A stretch of DNA of 64,000 nt from Candidatus Cloacimonadales bacterium (GCA_963678315.1 OY782781.1:448001-512000), one strand, 5' to 3'; shown: positions 1 through 10,156, counted from the stretch's first letter. Numbers and translations are program-made. Notes: generated from the sequence alone by a model not told the origin.

Positions 1-955
1 TGGCTTAGCATTCTTAACTCCGGATTTTGAACTTCTTTTTTCTAACAGTAACTTTAAACTTATGTTTCAGGATATTTATGAAGTCAAGCCTATAAAGAAT
101 AAACTAATATATAGTAATTTAAGTAAACCACACAAGGAATTTTGGCTTGATATTATTAAGGATAGCATTAAAAAAGAATCTTATCACAAAGGTTACAGAA
201 ACTCTTCTAATAACCCTACATCCAAATATTACGATCTTCACCTGACTCTTTTAAAACAAGATTCATCCATATTCGGTTATACAATCAGAATCAATGATAT
301 TACTAAGCTCAAAGCTGTTAATAATGATTTGCAGCGTTATTACAACTATCTGCTTAAGCAAAACAAAAAGCTTGAGTACGCTAATAAAGAGATTGCAACT
401 AAGAACAATCATTTGAAGGCTGCCTATAAGAAAGTTAATTCTTTATCTAGAATCGACTATCTAACACAACTTCCTAATAGAAGGCATTTCTTAGAGAAGA
501 TTGAATATGAACAACAAAGATTTAAACGTCATGAAGTTCCTTTCATCCTTGCCTATGGTGATATTGATGATTTCAAAAAGGTTAATGATGAGTATGGGCA
601 TGATGCAGGTGATTTTGTTCTAGTTACAATTTCAAAGATTATATCATCTACCATTAGAAATATTGACTTTGCTTGCCGTTGGGGTGGTGAGGAATTCATT
701 ATCTTTCTAGAAGAAAAAGATATTGTAAAAGGGAAGAAAGCTATTGAACGTGTGGTAAAAAACATAGCTAAAGAAGATTTTACTTATAATGGTATATCTC
801 ATAATATCACCATGACTTTTGGCCTTGCTCTTTATAATAAAGATGAAGATATTTCGATTTGTATTAATGAAGCTGATGAACGCTTATATTGGGGTAAAAA
901 TAACGGTAAAGACCAAATAGTAATATCAATCGCAGACCAAGAAGATAGCAAATAA
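1..955 (+). CDS. Diguanylate cyclase (PAS-like + coiled coil + GGDEF), 5' end outside the window
   Basis: D-LTQLPNRR, DIDDFKKVNDEYGHDAGD and RWGGEEF motifs; the frame is open from position 2 with no stop before the ATG at 62. Confidence 0.9.
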   Translation, partial: GLAFLTPDFELLFSNSNFKLMFQDIYEVKPIKNKLIYSNLSKPHKEFWLDIIKDSIKKESYHKGYRNSSNNPTSKYYDLHLTLLKQDSSIFGYTIRINDITKLKAVNNDLQRYYNYLLKQNKKLEYANKEIATKNNHLKAAYKKVNSLSRIDYLTQLPNRRHFLEKIEYEQQRFKRHEVPFILAYGDIDDFKKVNDEYGHDAGDFVLVTISKIISSTIRNIDFACRWGGEEFIIFLEEKDIVKGKKAIERVVKNIAKEDFTYNGISHNITMTFGLALYNKDEDISICINEADERLYWGKNNGKDQIVISIADQEDSK

Positions 956-999
956 TAAACTTAGTAATAACAAGATATTAATAAGCTTTCCCTTTAATC

Positions 1000-1031
1000 A
1001 AAAAAAAGAGTACCAATTTCTCAGTACTCTT
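1000..1031. terminator. Intrinsic terminator between the convergent GGDEF gene and arcA
   Basis: AAGAGTAC...GTACTCTT inverted repeat preceded by an A-tract (U-tract on the - strand). Confidence 0.65.
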
Positions 1032-1046
1032 ATAATCTATAGTAAA

Positions 1047-2315
1047 TTATTTTATCAAATCTATATGTTTACGTTTAAATGGCATTGTCATACAACGACA
1101 GCCACCACCACCACGGGCTAATTCTGATCCTTCAATAGCTACACAATATTTTGAATATTGTGATATATCTATTTTCTTAGAAGCAACATCTTTGGCTGTT
1201 AAGATATCAAAACCATGCTTTGCTAATTCATCTATAGTATGAGTATTTCTACCATAACCAAAGATTTTTCCAGGACCTACTGAAAAGAAATTACAACCAC
1301 TGTGCCATTGTTCTCTTTCTTGAGTCCATACATTGGTTCTTCCACCACATATAAGTGGTTCTACTTCATGCCCTAACTTAGCTAAAGCAGTAATAATTGT
1401 ATCTTCATAAGTTATTTCAACTTCGCCATTTCTAATTCTAATTGAAACTGTTTCTAGCTTAGTATTCTTTAGAATTACAGGTTCATAAACCATTACTTGA
1501 TGTTTATCTAAGAAAGTGAATACCATATCCAAATGAATGAATGATTCAGGTGCTAAAGGAAGTTCTTGAACTATAATATTAAAATCAATATTATTTCTTT
1601 TATAGTGTTCAACTAGATAGTCAATACCTTGAGATGTTGTTCTACCACCTAAACCTATAAGAAGTGTATTCTCGTTAGCAACAAGAACATCTCCACCTTC
1701 GATAGTGATATCTTTTGGTGGTACTTTCTTTGAGTTAAGAGGATTAAGAGTACGAGCTTTAAAGTTAGGATGGTAGTCAAATATTGCTTCCATAATAATA
1801 GATTCTCTTTCTCTAACTTGGTTAGCCATTTTCCCGATAAGAACATCATTTCCAACTGTCATAGAAGCATCTCTCATGAAGAAGAAGTTATGTAATGGTC
1901 TTAAAATATATTTCTCATGAGATAAGAAATTTGTTAAGTTATTCTTCTTTAATACAACACCTTCAAAGAGCTGTCTAGCTGTCTCTTTTGGAGATAAAGC
2001 CATTAAGGAATTAAAGACTCTATGCTCATTCTCGTAACTACAGATTTTATGGATTAAACTATGTTTTACTTTTTCATTAACCAACACTTCAGCAAGTAAA
2101 TCCCTTACCTCGAAAGTATTAGTAACTTGCGATAGTGCTTGGCAGAAATCAGAATATTCAGTTTCAGCTACTTTAAGATTTAGAATATCACTGTATAAAG
2201 CTTTCTCAGCATTACCGGGAGTCATATTCTCAACTTCTTTGCCTGGTTTATGTAGAATTACTCCTTCTAATTCCCCCACTTCTGAAGTAACTTGAACTGG
2301 TACTTGATTTGTCAT
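1047..2315 (-). CDS. arcA: Arginine deiminase
   Basis: VTSEVGEL, FFMRD, IEGGD, HLDMVFT, EQW and SELARGGGGCRCMTMP amidinotransferase motifs. Confidence 0.93.
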   Translation of the reverse strand: MTNQVPVQVTSEVGELEGVILHKPGKEVENMTPGNAEKALYSDILNLKVAETEYSDFCQALSQVTNTFEVRDLLAEVLVNEKVKHSLIHKICSYENEHRVFNSLMALSPKETARQLFEGVVLKKNNLTNFLSHEKYILRPLHNFFFMRDASMTVGNDVLIGKMANQVRERESIIMEAIFDYHPNFKARTLNPLNSKKVPPKDITIEGGDVLVANENTLLIGLGGRTTSQGIDYLVEHYKRNNIDFNIIVQELPLAPESFIHLDMVFTFLDKHQVMVYEPVILKNTKLETVSIRIRNGEVEITYEDTIITALAKLGHEVEPLICGGRTNVWTQEREQWHSGCNFFSVGPGKIFGYGRNTHTIDELAKHGFDILTAKDVASKKIDISQYSKYCVAIEGSELARGGGGCRCMTMPFKRKHIDLIK

Positions 2316-2420
2316 GTTAGTCTCCTTAAATAGAACAATTCAAAGTGTTCTAGATGTTATAACTTATAATATTATATTTGTTATTTCTGCAATAAGCAGT
2401 AAAATTGAGTAATTTTCATT

Positions 2421-2450
2421 AAAAAAAACCCTGCACTAGAGTACAGGGAT
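2421..2450 (-). terminator. Intrinsic terminator after the efp-small protein unit
   Basis: CCCTG..ACT-AG-AGT..CAGGG stem with an adjacent A8 tract (U8 on the - strand). Confidence 0.65.
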
Positions 2451-2468
2451 TATGCTAATTTATTCAAA

Positions 2469-2681
2469 CTATGCGTCAACTTTGCCAGCAAGAAGATCTT
2501 TTTCGTTACATTTACACATGTCAACGAATTGATATCTAGGAGCCCATGTTGAGCTTTTAGATTTTCTTGATCTAACAAGTTTTACTTTCTTAATTTCTGT
2601 ATTACATACAGGACACATCACTTTACCTTCAGTTGAAAGTTCGTGAGCTAGCTTTGCAGCAAATGCTTTACCTTTAGCCAT
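2469..2681 (-). CDS. Small basic Cys-containing protein (CPVC...CKC), possibly DUF4295-like
   Basis: Strong GAGGA RBS, co-oriented directly after efp, MAK start, four Cys in a Zn-ribbon-like arrangement. Confidence 0.75.
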   Translation of the reverse strand: MAKGKAFAAKLAHELSTEGKVMCPVCNTEIKKVKLVRSRKSKSSTWAPRYQFVDMCKCNEKDLLAGKVDA

Positions 2682-2716
2682 TTATTCCTCCTAAGGATTC
2701 ATATTTTTTTTATTTA

Positions 2717-3277
2717 TTATGCACGTTCCATGTATTGACCTGTTCTAGTGTCAATACGGATTTTTTCGCCTTGTTCTACAAAGAATGGAACAGTAATTCT
2801 TAAACCGGTTTCTGTGATTGCAACTTTACCAGAACCAGAAGCAGTGTTACCTTTTATGTTAGGTTCACATTCAGCAATCTCTTGTACAACTGAAATAGGA
2901 ATTTCAACATCTACAATATCGTTATCTGGTGTTATTTTTATAGTAATCTGCATGTTTTCTTGAAGAAACTTTTCATACTTTTCCATAACATCAGATGGAA
3001 CATTCATCATTTCGTAGTTTTCTAAGTCCATAAGAACATAAAAATCACCATCACGATATAAATATTCTTTCTTCTGTTTTTCAATTCTAACTTCTGTCAA
3101 AGTCTCACTAATTCTGAATGTGTTATCAACAACCTGTCCAGTCTTCATGTTTCTTAGTTTTGATCTTACAAAAGCTGCACCTTTTCCAGGTTTAACATGT
3201 AAGAATTCAACAAATTCATAAAGTCCATTTTTCCATTCTATAATCATTCCATTTCTAATATCTGAAGTAGAAGCCAT
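2717..3277 (-). CDS. efp: Translation elongation factor P
   Basis: HVKPGKGAAFVR loop, KGNTASG, VPFFVEQGEKIRIDTRTGQYMERA C-terminus. Confidence 0.97.
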   Translation of the reverse strand: MASTSDIRNGMIIEWKNGLYEFVEFLHVKPGKGAAFVRSKLRNMKTGQVVDNTFRISETLTEVRIEKQKKEYLYRDGDFYVLMDLENYEMMNVPSDVMEKYEKFLQENMQITIKITPDNDIVDVEIPISVVQEIAECEPNIKGNTASGSGKVAITETGLRITVPFFVEQGEKIRIDTRTGQYMERA

Positions 3278-3504
3278 AATTCCTCTTATTAATTTTAATT
3301 CTCTATCATGACATAAAATAAGATACTGTATTTATGGCAAGGAAAAAATGTAATTGCTACTAATTTAATCTTCTTACAGGATTATGTTTGAACTATTATT
3401 AATCAGAAGGAACAAACATTTATCCTGTTTTCATGCAATATTTTTAACTTATAAAACCAATCAGAAAGAACAAATTATTCATTACGCTATACTCCATATT
3501 GCTT

Positions 3505-3650
3505 AATGCTTGCTTGCCTCCTGCATTAAATTGGCTTTTTATGCAGGTGGAGCAAGGGCACATAGGCAGTTAGAAATTATGCTTTAGGAGTGAGGTAACT
3601 GGGATCCCCAGCCTCAGCGCTGGTTTCACTTAGAAGCTGTGATAAGTGAG
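3505..3650. repeat. Intergenic mosaic of degenerate REP-like palindromes (families A and B)
   Basis: CCTGCATTAAA-TTGGC-TTTTTATGCAGG...GGCACATAGGC resembles 26890-26948; ACTGGGATCCCCAGCCTCAGCGCTGG...CACTTAG...TAAGTG is the reverse complement of the 57-bp unit at 9275. Confidence 0.7.
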
Positions 3651-3755
3651 GAGTAGGCATGCTTTCATGTACTTCGTGATTATATATCTTAAACCCTGAC
3701 AAGACATTAAGCTTAACGTAAATAGTGGAGATTATTACAATAAAAGATAACCATA

Positions 3756-5117
3756 TTACAGAGCATACTTCTCAAGTCTTCTAATGAGAGCATGACGTGA
3801 TATTCCTAACAATATGGCAGCCTTACTTTGGTTATTGTTAGTTTTCTTTAAAGCAAGTTCAATTAGTTTTTTCTCATTCTCCTCTAGATTCAGAGAAGTC
3901 CCCAATTCTCCATTCTTATCATTGTTTTTATCCACTCCAAAATGGGATAGAGTTAAGGTATTACTATCACAAAAGATCATAGCTTTCTCTACAATATTCT
4001 TGAGTTCCCTGATATTACCACTGTAATTCAGTTGCTTCAAATGATTAAATACATCTTGTGAGATTTCAGGAATTACTTTTTTAACGCTATTAGAGAACCT
4101 CTTTACAAAATTATATGTAAGCTGTTCTATATCTTCTATGCGTTCTTTTAAAGCTGGAAGTTCTATCTTAAAACCATTTAGTCTATGATACAAGTCACTT
4201 CTAAAGTTACCTTGGGCAATCATTTTATCTAGATTACGATTAGTTGCAGAAATAATTCTCACATTAACTTTGATTGATTTCTGACTTCCTAAAGGGAAAA
4301 ACTCCTGTGCTTCAATAGCTCTAAGAAGTTTACTCTGAATAGAGTATGGCATATCTCCAATTTCATCCAGAAATAGAGTACCGTTATTAGCTAATTGAAA
4401 ATAGCCCTTTTTATTCTTCTCTGCACCTGTAAAAGCACCTTTTTCATATCCGAAGAACTCAGATTCAAACATGGTTTCTGGAATAGCAGAACAGTTGACA
4501 GGAACAAAGAGTTCATCTTTTCTAGCTGAAATTGAATGAATTAAGGAAGCAAGAACTTCTTTTCCTGTACCAGTTTCTCCATGAAGAAAGACATTCACAT
4601 TATCAAACTGTGATATTCTATTAGCTGATTCAAGCATAGCTTTGGAGCTCTCACTAATAGAAACAATATTGCTACATAACTTCTGTTTAACTTTATCTGT
4701 GATAAACTCTTTTTGCTCAGATAATGTTGAGATTTTACTCTTATTCTCTCTGCTTTTTCTAATTCGTTCCAAAGCAATTAAGATGTCGTTGTGAGAAAAG
4801 GGTTTCTTTAAATAATCTGTAGCCCCAAGTCTCATTGCTTCTATAACTGTATCCATATCGCCATGTCCTGAAATCATGATGATATCTACATTAGGATAAT
4901 TCTCTTTTACTTGAGCAATGACATCCAAGCCTGATCCATCATGCAATCTTATATCTTGAACTAAAATATCTATATCGCGCTGACTCAGAATCTCTAGTTC
5001 TTCTTTGATTGAGTGTGCCCGTAAGGTGTCGTAATCATTTATTTCAAAGAAGTCTTTCAATTCAAAGGTAATTCTCTTCTCATCATCAACTATTAGTGCT
5101 GTATGTTTATAATTCAT
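3756..5117 (-). CDS. Sigma-54-dependent response regulator (NtrC family)
   Basis: Receiver (IVDDE, DIRL), GETGTGKE Walker A, GAFTGA, FLDEIGDM, C-terminal Fis HTH. Confidence 0.95.
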   Translation of the reverse strand: MNYKHTALIVDDEKRITFELKDFFEINDYDTLRAHSIKEELEILSQRDIDILVQDIRLHDGSGLDVIAQVKENYPNVDIIMISGHGDMDTVIEAMRLGATDYLKKPFSHNDILIALERIRKSRENKSKISTLSEQKEFITDKVKQKLCSNIVSISESSKAMLESANRISQFDNVNVFLHGETGTGKEVLASLIHSISARKDELFVPVNCSAIPETMFESEFFGYEKGAFTGAEKNKKGYFQLANNGTLFLDEIGDMPYSIQSKLLRAIEAQEFFPLGSQKSIKVNVRIISATNRNLDKMIAQGNFRSDLYHRLNGFKIELPALKERIEDIEQLTYNFVKRFSNSVKKVIPEISQDVFNHLKQLNYSGNIRELKNIVEKAMIFCDSNTLTLSHFGVDKNNDKNGELGTSLNLEENEKKLIELALKKTNNNQSKAAILLGISRHALIRRLEKYAL

Positions 5118-7584
5118 TATCTGCTTCCTCTGTATAAATAGGTAATATTATTTTGAAAGTTGTTACATCCTCGTCTTCAACATTGATAGTACCGTTGTGC
5201 TCTGAGATAATACCATAAACTATTGATAATCCTAAACCTGTTCCTTTCCCAGCTGGTTTTGTGGTAAAGAATGGAAGGAAAATCTTATCCCTGATCGCTT
5301 GAGGGATTGGGTCACCGTTATTAGTGACTTTAATAGTACAAATATCATCTTTGTTACTTATATTAATTTTGATGTACTTATCTTTTGTAATATGTTCAAG
5401 GGAATCTTTAGCATTAGACAACAAGTTAAGTAAAACTTGTTCAATTTCGTATGTATTCCCATAGATATAGGTTTCTGATTCTGGAACATTAATTATCAAA
5501 TCTATGCTGTGATTGTAGTATTGTTCTGCTATTAATTTCAGTGCATTCTTTACTGTTTCATTCAATTCGAAAACAGAATATTCTTTTTGTCTTTGCTTTC
5601 TGGAGAAGACTCGTATATGGTCAACCACAGATGTCATTCTTGAAATATCATGTGAAACTAGTTCCATTCTTTCATTAAAGAAGTCTTCAGAATAGCCCCG
5701 CTTCTGAAAGAATAGCTTCATGTTTTCGAGAGCAAAAGAAATACATTGTAGAGGCTGGTTAAGTTCGTGGGCTATACCTGCTGCTAATTCACCTAATGAC
5801 ACTAAACGTGATTGTTCTACAATAGCCCTTTGCTGTTCCATTCTGATTGCAACACCTTCTTTAACTTTTCCTTCAAGCTCTTTATTTAAATCTTCCTTAA
5901 TCCTGATTATCCTACGGTGATTCATCATTCTCTGAAGAAATATCAAGATAATGATTATGATAATCACTATTGCACTGATTCTCTGATAGTTGAGAAGGCG
6001 TTTTTGGTAGTTAAGCTCATTAATTTTCAGGTCAGCAAGTTCAGTTTTATAGTTAAGTTCATTGATCTTTAAATCAGATACTTCTTTCTGATATTGAAGG
6101 TTCTTGATTTTACTATCTTTCTTCTCAGTGTCATATTTAATTCTTAATTCTTCTAATGAGTTTTTCTTATCTTCTTCTGAAGTTGTAACCAATAGCTTAG
6201 AATATACTAGAAGAGAATCATAAGCTTGCTTTGGTTTGTTTAAGTTATAGAGACAATCAGCAATTATATCATTAGTTTTTTTGATATACTCTTTTATATC
6301 ATATTTATAGGCAATTTGGTTAGCCATTGAAGCATAGTTATAAGCAACTTGATATTCCTTCTTCAACTGGTAGGAAGTTGCTAAATTTATATAGTTACGA
6401 GACTTAAATCTATCGCTAGCATTGGGTCTCTTTAGTCCCATCTTTGAATACTTTATACTCTTATCATAGTCTCCCATCTTCTGATACACAATAGCTATAT
6501 TACTATATGCAGAATGCTTAGTACTAATGAGATTATTAGCTTCACACAATTCAATAAGCTTTTCATAAGTGGTCAGAGCAGCATCCAAAGAATCGATTTT
6601 ATTATATGAAGGAGCAAGATTAGCATAGCATCCTACAAGAGTTTTAACATCTCCTAAACTATCTGCTAAAGCAATACCCTTTAGTGAAGTTTGGCAAGCT
6701 AGCTCATACTTGCCAGCAAAGAAATAGAGAGCACTTAGGTTTTGGAATGATTTTGCTAAAGACAAATCTTGTCCTAGTGCTTCTTTAATCTTGATTGATT
6801 TAAGAGCATATTCAAAAGCTATATTATATTTCTTTTGCTTACTAAATAAAGAAGAAACATTATTATACAAATAAGCTGAAAAAAGAGAATCCTGTACTTC
6901 TGGAAGCATTTCTAAAGCCACTTGGTAATTGTCCCATGACTTGTCATAATCACCTGAATCTAAATAGATGCTACCTAAAGACATGTAAGAACCTGCAATA
7001 TCATGCTTACGTGAGAATTCTTTAGATTTCTCTGCTGTCTTGATTTGATATTCTACAGCTTTATCATATTCTTTCCTATGTTTATAGTACAAACTTATAT
7101 TATCTAAGCTTCGTATTATCTCACTTTGATTCTTAACTTGTGGCAGGATTTCTTTGATCTTTGCGATTGTATCATCAGATTCTTTTTTCCTATTCTGTCT
7201 ATCATAAAGACTAAACAAAGTGTTGTAGGTAATAATAAGATTGATAGTATTTTCTGTGTACTGAAACTTTGATAAGGCTTTTAAATAAAGATCTTCACTC
7301 TCCTTAAACTCCCTTCTGTACTGCTTCATTGAAGCCAAAGTATAAAGAGCCCGTCCAGCATTTAAGCTATCGCCCTTCTGCTCAGCTATATCTAGAGCTT
7401 TATTATTCAATTTAACTAATTCAGAATTATATCCTTTTGTAGAATACTTGAAATTGACATCTCTCAATTCTTGTAAGATATCCTCATCACTCTTGTTAAT
7501 CAAATCTTCTATTTCACTAGAGAAGATGAAACCCGTAACCAAACTAAATAATATTATTAAAATTAAATGTGCTTTTTTATTCAT
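5107..7584 (-). CDS. TPR-repeat sensor histidine kinase
   Basis: N-terminal signal/TM, multiple TPR-like repeats, TM, AHELNQP H-box, NLLSNA N-box, PFFTTK and GTGLGLS; overlaps the regulator start. Confidence 0.92.
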   Translation of the reverse strand: MNKKAHLILIILFSLVTGFIFSSEIEDLINKSDEDILQELRDVNFKYSTKGYNSELVKLNNKALDIAEQKGDSLNAGRALYTLASMKQYRREFKESEDLYLKALSKFQYTENTINLIITYNTLFSLYDRQNRKKESDDTIAKIKEILPQVKNQSEIIRSLDNISLYYKHRKEYDKAVEYQIKTAEKSKEFSRKHDIAGSYMSLGSIYLDSGDYDKSWDNYQVALEMLPEVQDSLFSAYLYNNVSSLFSKQKKYNIAFEYALKSIKIKEALGQDLSLAKSFQNLSALYFFAGKYELACQTSLKGIALADSLGDVKTLVGCYANLAPSYNKIDSLDAALTTYEKLIELCEANNLISTKHSAYSNIAIVYQKMGDYDKSIKYSKMGLKRPNASDRFKSRNYINLATSYQLKKEYQVAYNYASMANQIAYKYDIKEYIKKTNDIIADCLYNLNKPKQAYDSLLVYSKLLVTTSEEDKKNSLEELRIKYDTEKKDSKIKNLQYQKEVSDLKINELNYKTELADLKINELNYQKRLLNYQRISAIVIIIIIILIFLQRMMNHRRIIRIKEDLNKELEGKVKEGVAIRMEQQRAIVEQSRLVSLGELAAGIAHELNQPLQCISFALENMKLFFQKRGYSEDFFNERMELVSHDISRMTSVVDHIRVFSRKQRQKEYSVFELNETVKNALKLIAEQYYNHSIDLIINVPESETYIYGNTYEIEQVLLNLLSNAKDSLEHITKDKYIKINISNKDDICTIKVTNNGDPIPQAIRDKIFLPFFTTKPAGKGTGLGLSIVYGIISEHNGTINVEDEDVTTFKIILPIYTEEADNEL

Positions 7585-7832
7585 AATTAAGTCCTATTAG
7601 TTTGAAAATCTCCTATATCAATCCAAATGTCAAGTTTAATATAAGTGGTCAAACTCAAAATATTAAGAAAACTATCATGAACCAAATGCTATGTCTAAGA
7701 ATATCCTTATACTTTTGAAATCGATAGTATTGTATCAGCATAGTTTATTCAAACAAAGGAAGAATTAAAAAAATTACTTGCAAAGATTTAAGTTTTAGCA
7801 GATGTTTGAGTAAAACAGATATGGGAGGAATT

Positions 7833-9146
7833 ATGGGAAGTAAGAACCTACCCAGAATTCAAGACGCAGACTTAAAAGACAAAGTGGTTTTGGTTAGAGT
7901 TGACCATAACGTTGTTAAGAAAGGTATAATAAAGGACACTGAACGTATTGATGCAACGATTCCAACTCTATTTAACATAATCCTACGTGGTGGAAGAATA
8001 ATTTTAATGACCCATAACGGTCGCCCAATGAATAGAGAAACAGGCGAGATAGTAATCTCTGATGAGGATTCAATCCAACCAATTGTTGATTATTTAGAAC
8101 ATAAGCTCAATATCAACATTAAGGTTCCTGAATGGTTTAGAAGAGAAGATAATGGCATTGAAGTTAAGAATGAATCTATTTATAGTCTTATAGATGATTT
8201 AAAATCAGGCAAAGTAGATATGCTTTACTTGCCTAATACAAGATGGTTTAGGGGTGAAGAGCCTTCAAACCATGATGCTGATGATTTAGGTAAAGCTCTA
8301 GCAAAAATAGCAGATGTTTATGTTAATGATGCTTTCGGTTCTTGGCAACCTCACACTTCTACAGTGAAACCTACATTTTATATGCCTTCTTACTCTGGTA
8401 TCTTGATGCAAAGAGAGATAGCCCATTTGAAACAAGTATTTAAACCAAGAAGACCTTTTGTAGGTATTGTTGCAGGTTCAAAATTTGATACTAAAATTAA
8501 ACCTCTTAACAATCTCCTTGAGCATGTGGATTATCTTATTCTAGGTGGTGTTGTTTATAACGCTTACTTAGCTGTTAAGTATGATCTTAAAATTAAAGGT
8601 ATATCAGAAAAAGACCTTGAACATGCAAGAGCTTTCGTAGAAAGAGCTAATGAGTTCCCTCAAAGAGTTGTTGAGCTTCCTTATATTATAGAATCTGATG
8701 TCTTGGATGAAAAGATTCCTGGTAAATATAGAACTCGCTTCATCCATGATTTAAAACCTGGAACTGAACTAAACTATGTGCTTGATGTTTCTTGGGAAAC
8801 TTGGTCATTAAGACATATTGTTGAGATTTTCAGCAGAGCTAATATGTTCTTCTGTAATGCAGTTATGGGTTTTGTACCTCACTTCTCTGATGGAACAAAA
8901 GAGATGTATGACATTATTGCTAGAAATGAAAACGCAATGAAGATGTTTGGTGGTGGTGATACTCTACAAGAATTTAAAGCTCTCAACTACGAGACTTATT
9001 TAAAAGCTATCGAAAGAGATGATTACTATTTCTTCACTGGTGGTGGTGCTGTTCTTAACTCTATCGAGCAAGGTTCTCCATTTGGTATGCAACCAGTTCA
9101 AGCTCTGATAGATAATCAAGAAAAATATAAAGAAGAAAGTCAATAA
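7833..9146 (+). CDS. pgk: Phosphoglycerate kinase, divergent type
   Basis: VLVRVDHN, YVNDAFG, GGGDT and TGGGA motifs; ATG at 7833 follows a GGAGG RBS. Confidence 0.85.
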   Translation: MGSKNLPRIQDADLKDKVVLVRVDHNVVKKGIIKDTERIDATIPTLFNIILRGGRIILMTHNGRPMNRETGEIVISDEDSIQPIVDYLEHKLNINIKVPEWFRREDNGIEVKNESIYSLIDDLKSGKVDMLYLPNTRWFRGEEPSNHDADDLGKALAKIADVYVNDAFGSWQPHTSTVKPTFYMPSYSGILMQREIAHLKQVFKPRRPFVGIVAGSKFDTKIKPLNNLLEHVDYLILGGVVYNAYLAVKYDLKIKGISEKDLEHARAFVERANEFPQRVVELPYIIESDVLDEKIPGKYRTRFIHDLKPGTELNYVLDVSWETWSLRHIVEIFSRANMFFCNAVMGFVPHFSDGTKEMYDIIARNENAMKMFGGGDTLQEFKALNYETYLKAIERDDYYFFTGGGAVLNSIEQGSPFGMQPVQALIDNQEKYKEESQ

Positions 9147-9178
9147 ATTCTAGTTTAGAATTGATTTTATAGATGTTC

Positions 9179-9209
9179 AAGAGTGTTGTTTATTCAACAC
9201 TCTTTTTTT
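9179..9209 (+). terminator. Intrinsic terminator after pgk
   Basis: AAGAGTGTTG-TTTATT-CAACACTCTT followed by a T-tract. Confidence 0.8.
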
Positions 9210-9274
9210 GGTATTTCAGATTCAAGATTATTGAACAGCTCTTGAGACGTTTTTCCGAAATGTCTCTACATATT

Positions 9275-9530
9275 CACTTATCACTAGGTTCTAAGTGAAG
9301 CCAGCGCGGAGGCTGGCGATCCCAGTATGTCCACTTATCACTGCCTTCTAAGTGTAGCCAGCACGGAGGCTGGCGATCCCAGTATGTCCACTTATCACTG
9401 CCTTCTAAGTGTAGCCAGCGCGGAGGCTGGCGATCCCAGTATGTCCACTTATAACTATGTTCTAAGTGAAGCCAGCGCGGAGGCTGCCGTTCCCAGTGTT
9501 TAGCCAGCGCGGAGGCTGGCGATACCAGTA
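9275..9530. repeat. Tandem array of four 57-bp double-hairpin units plus a partial fifth (REP/BIME-like, family B)
   Basis: Units start at 9275, 9332, 9389 and 9446; each has CACTTA..TAAGTG and GCCAGC-GCGGAG-GCTGGC hairpins followed by GATCCCAGTA. Confidence 0.9.
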
Positions 9531-9544
9531 ACTCCTTACTCCGT

Positions 9545-9598
9545 CCTTACTGGTCTCCTTGAAAAAAAGCCACTTTTTCAAGGTGGCAAGTAAGGAGT
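9545..9598. repeat. REP-like palindrome, family A
   Basis: CCTTGAAAAAAAGCCACTTTTTCAAGG-TGGCAAGTAAGG; related copies at 26890, 42435, 57349/59753. Confidence 0.85.
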
Positions 9599-9634
9599 AA
9601 GGCATATTAAGAAAAGTTCTTATGCGTCATACCA

Positions 9635-10156
9635 TCAATCTTGAGTAGTAAATACAAAATCTCTGCTATTGAAACCGATTTTATTTAAGCTTGCAAAAAT
9701 AGTATCTATATCATCATGAATCTTGTTAGCATCTCGTGCTAGAATCCAGCCATACTTTAGATTTCCTGAACCTACTATTGCCCAAGAATAATCAGGAGCT
9801 ATATCAAAGATTAAGTATTCTCCATAGAATAGATTCAAGCCAAAGAGACTTACAAAACTAACCTTTAACTTTGAATTGTTAACTTTATCAACGACCTTAG
9901 CAATACCTTCAACTTCTTCCTCTTGCCCTTTCTTATTAACACAAGAGTTGACGACTCGTATATCACCATCTGTTTTAAGTGTGTAGCGAGCCTTGACATT
10001 TTTACTACATTGCTTTTGGAATCTATTAGGAATTCTAGCAATTTCGTACCAGCAACCGAGATATTTCTCAAGGTTTAAATTCTTAACTGTGGGAGGAACT
10101 GAATTCAAAGTAAATGCTGTTAATAACATAATAATAATAATTAATAAATTCTTCAT
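9635..10156 (-). CDS. Bacterial lipocalin (Blc family)
   Basis: LEKYLGCWYEIAR lipocalin motif, DYSWAIVG, YGWILAR; signal peptide; AGGAG RBS before the ATG at 10156. Confidence 0.9.
   Translation of the reverse strand: MKNLLIIIIMLLTAFTLNSVPPTVKNLNLEKYLGCWYEIARIPNRFQKQCSKNVKARYTLKTDGDIRVVNSCVNKKGQEEEVEGIAKVVDKVNNSKLKVSFVSLFGLNLFYGEYLIFDIAPDYSWAIVGSGNLKYGWILARDANKIHDDIDTIFASLNKIGFNSRDFVFTTQD

Noticed and set aside
9275..9530. CRISPR array
   Set aside because: The segments between conserved hairpins are near-identical rather than unique spacers, there are no cas genes, and the same unit occurs dispersed elsewhere.
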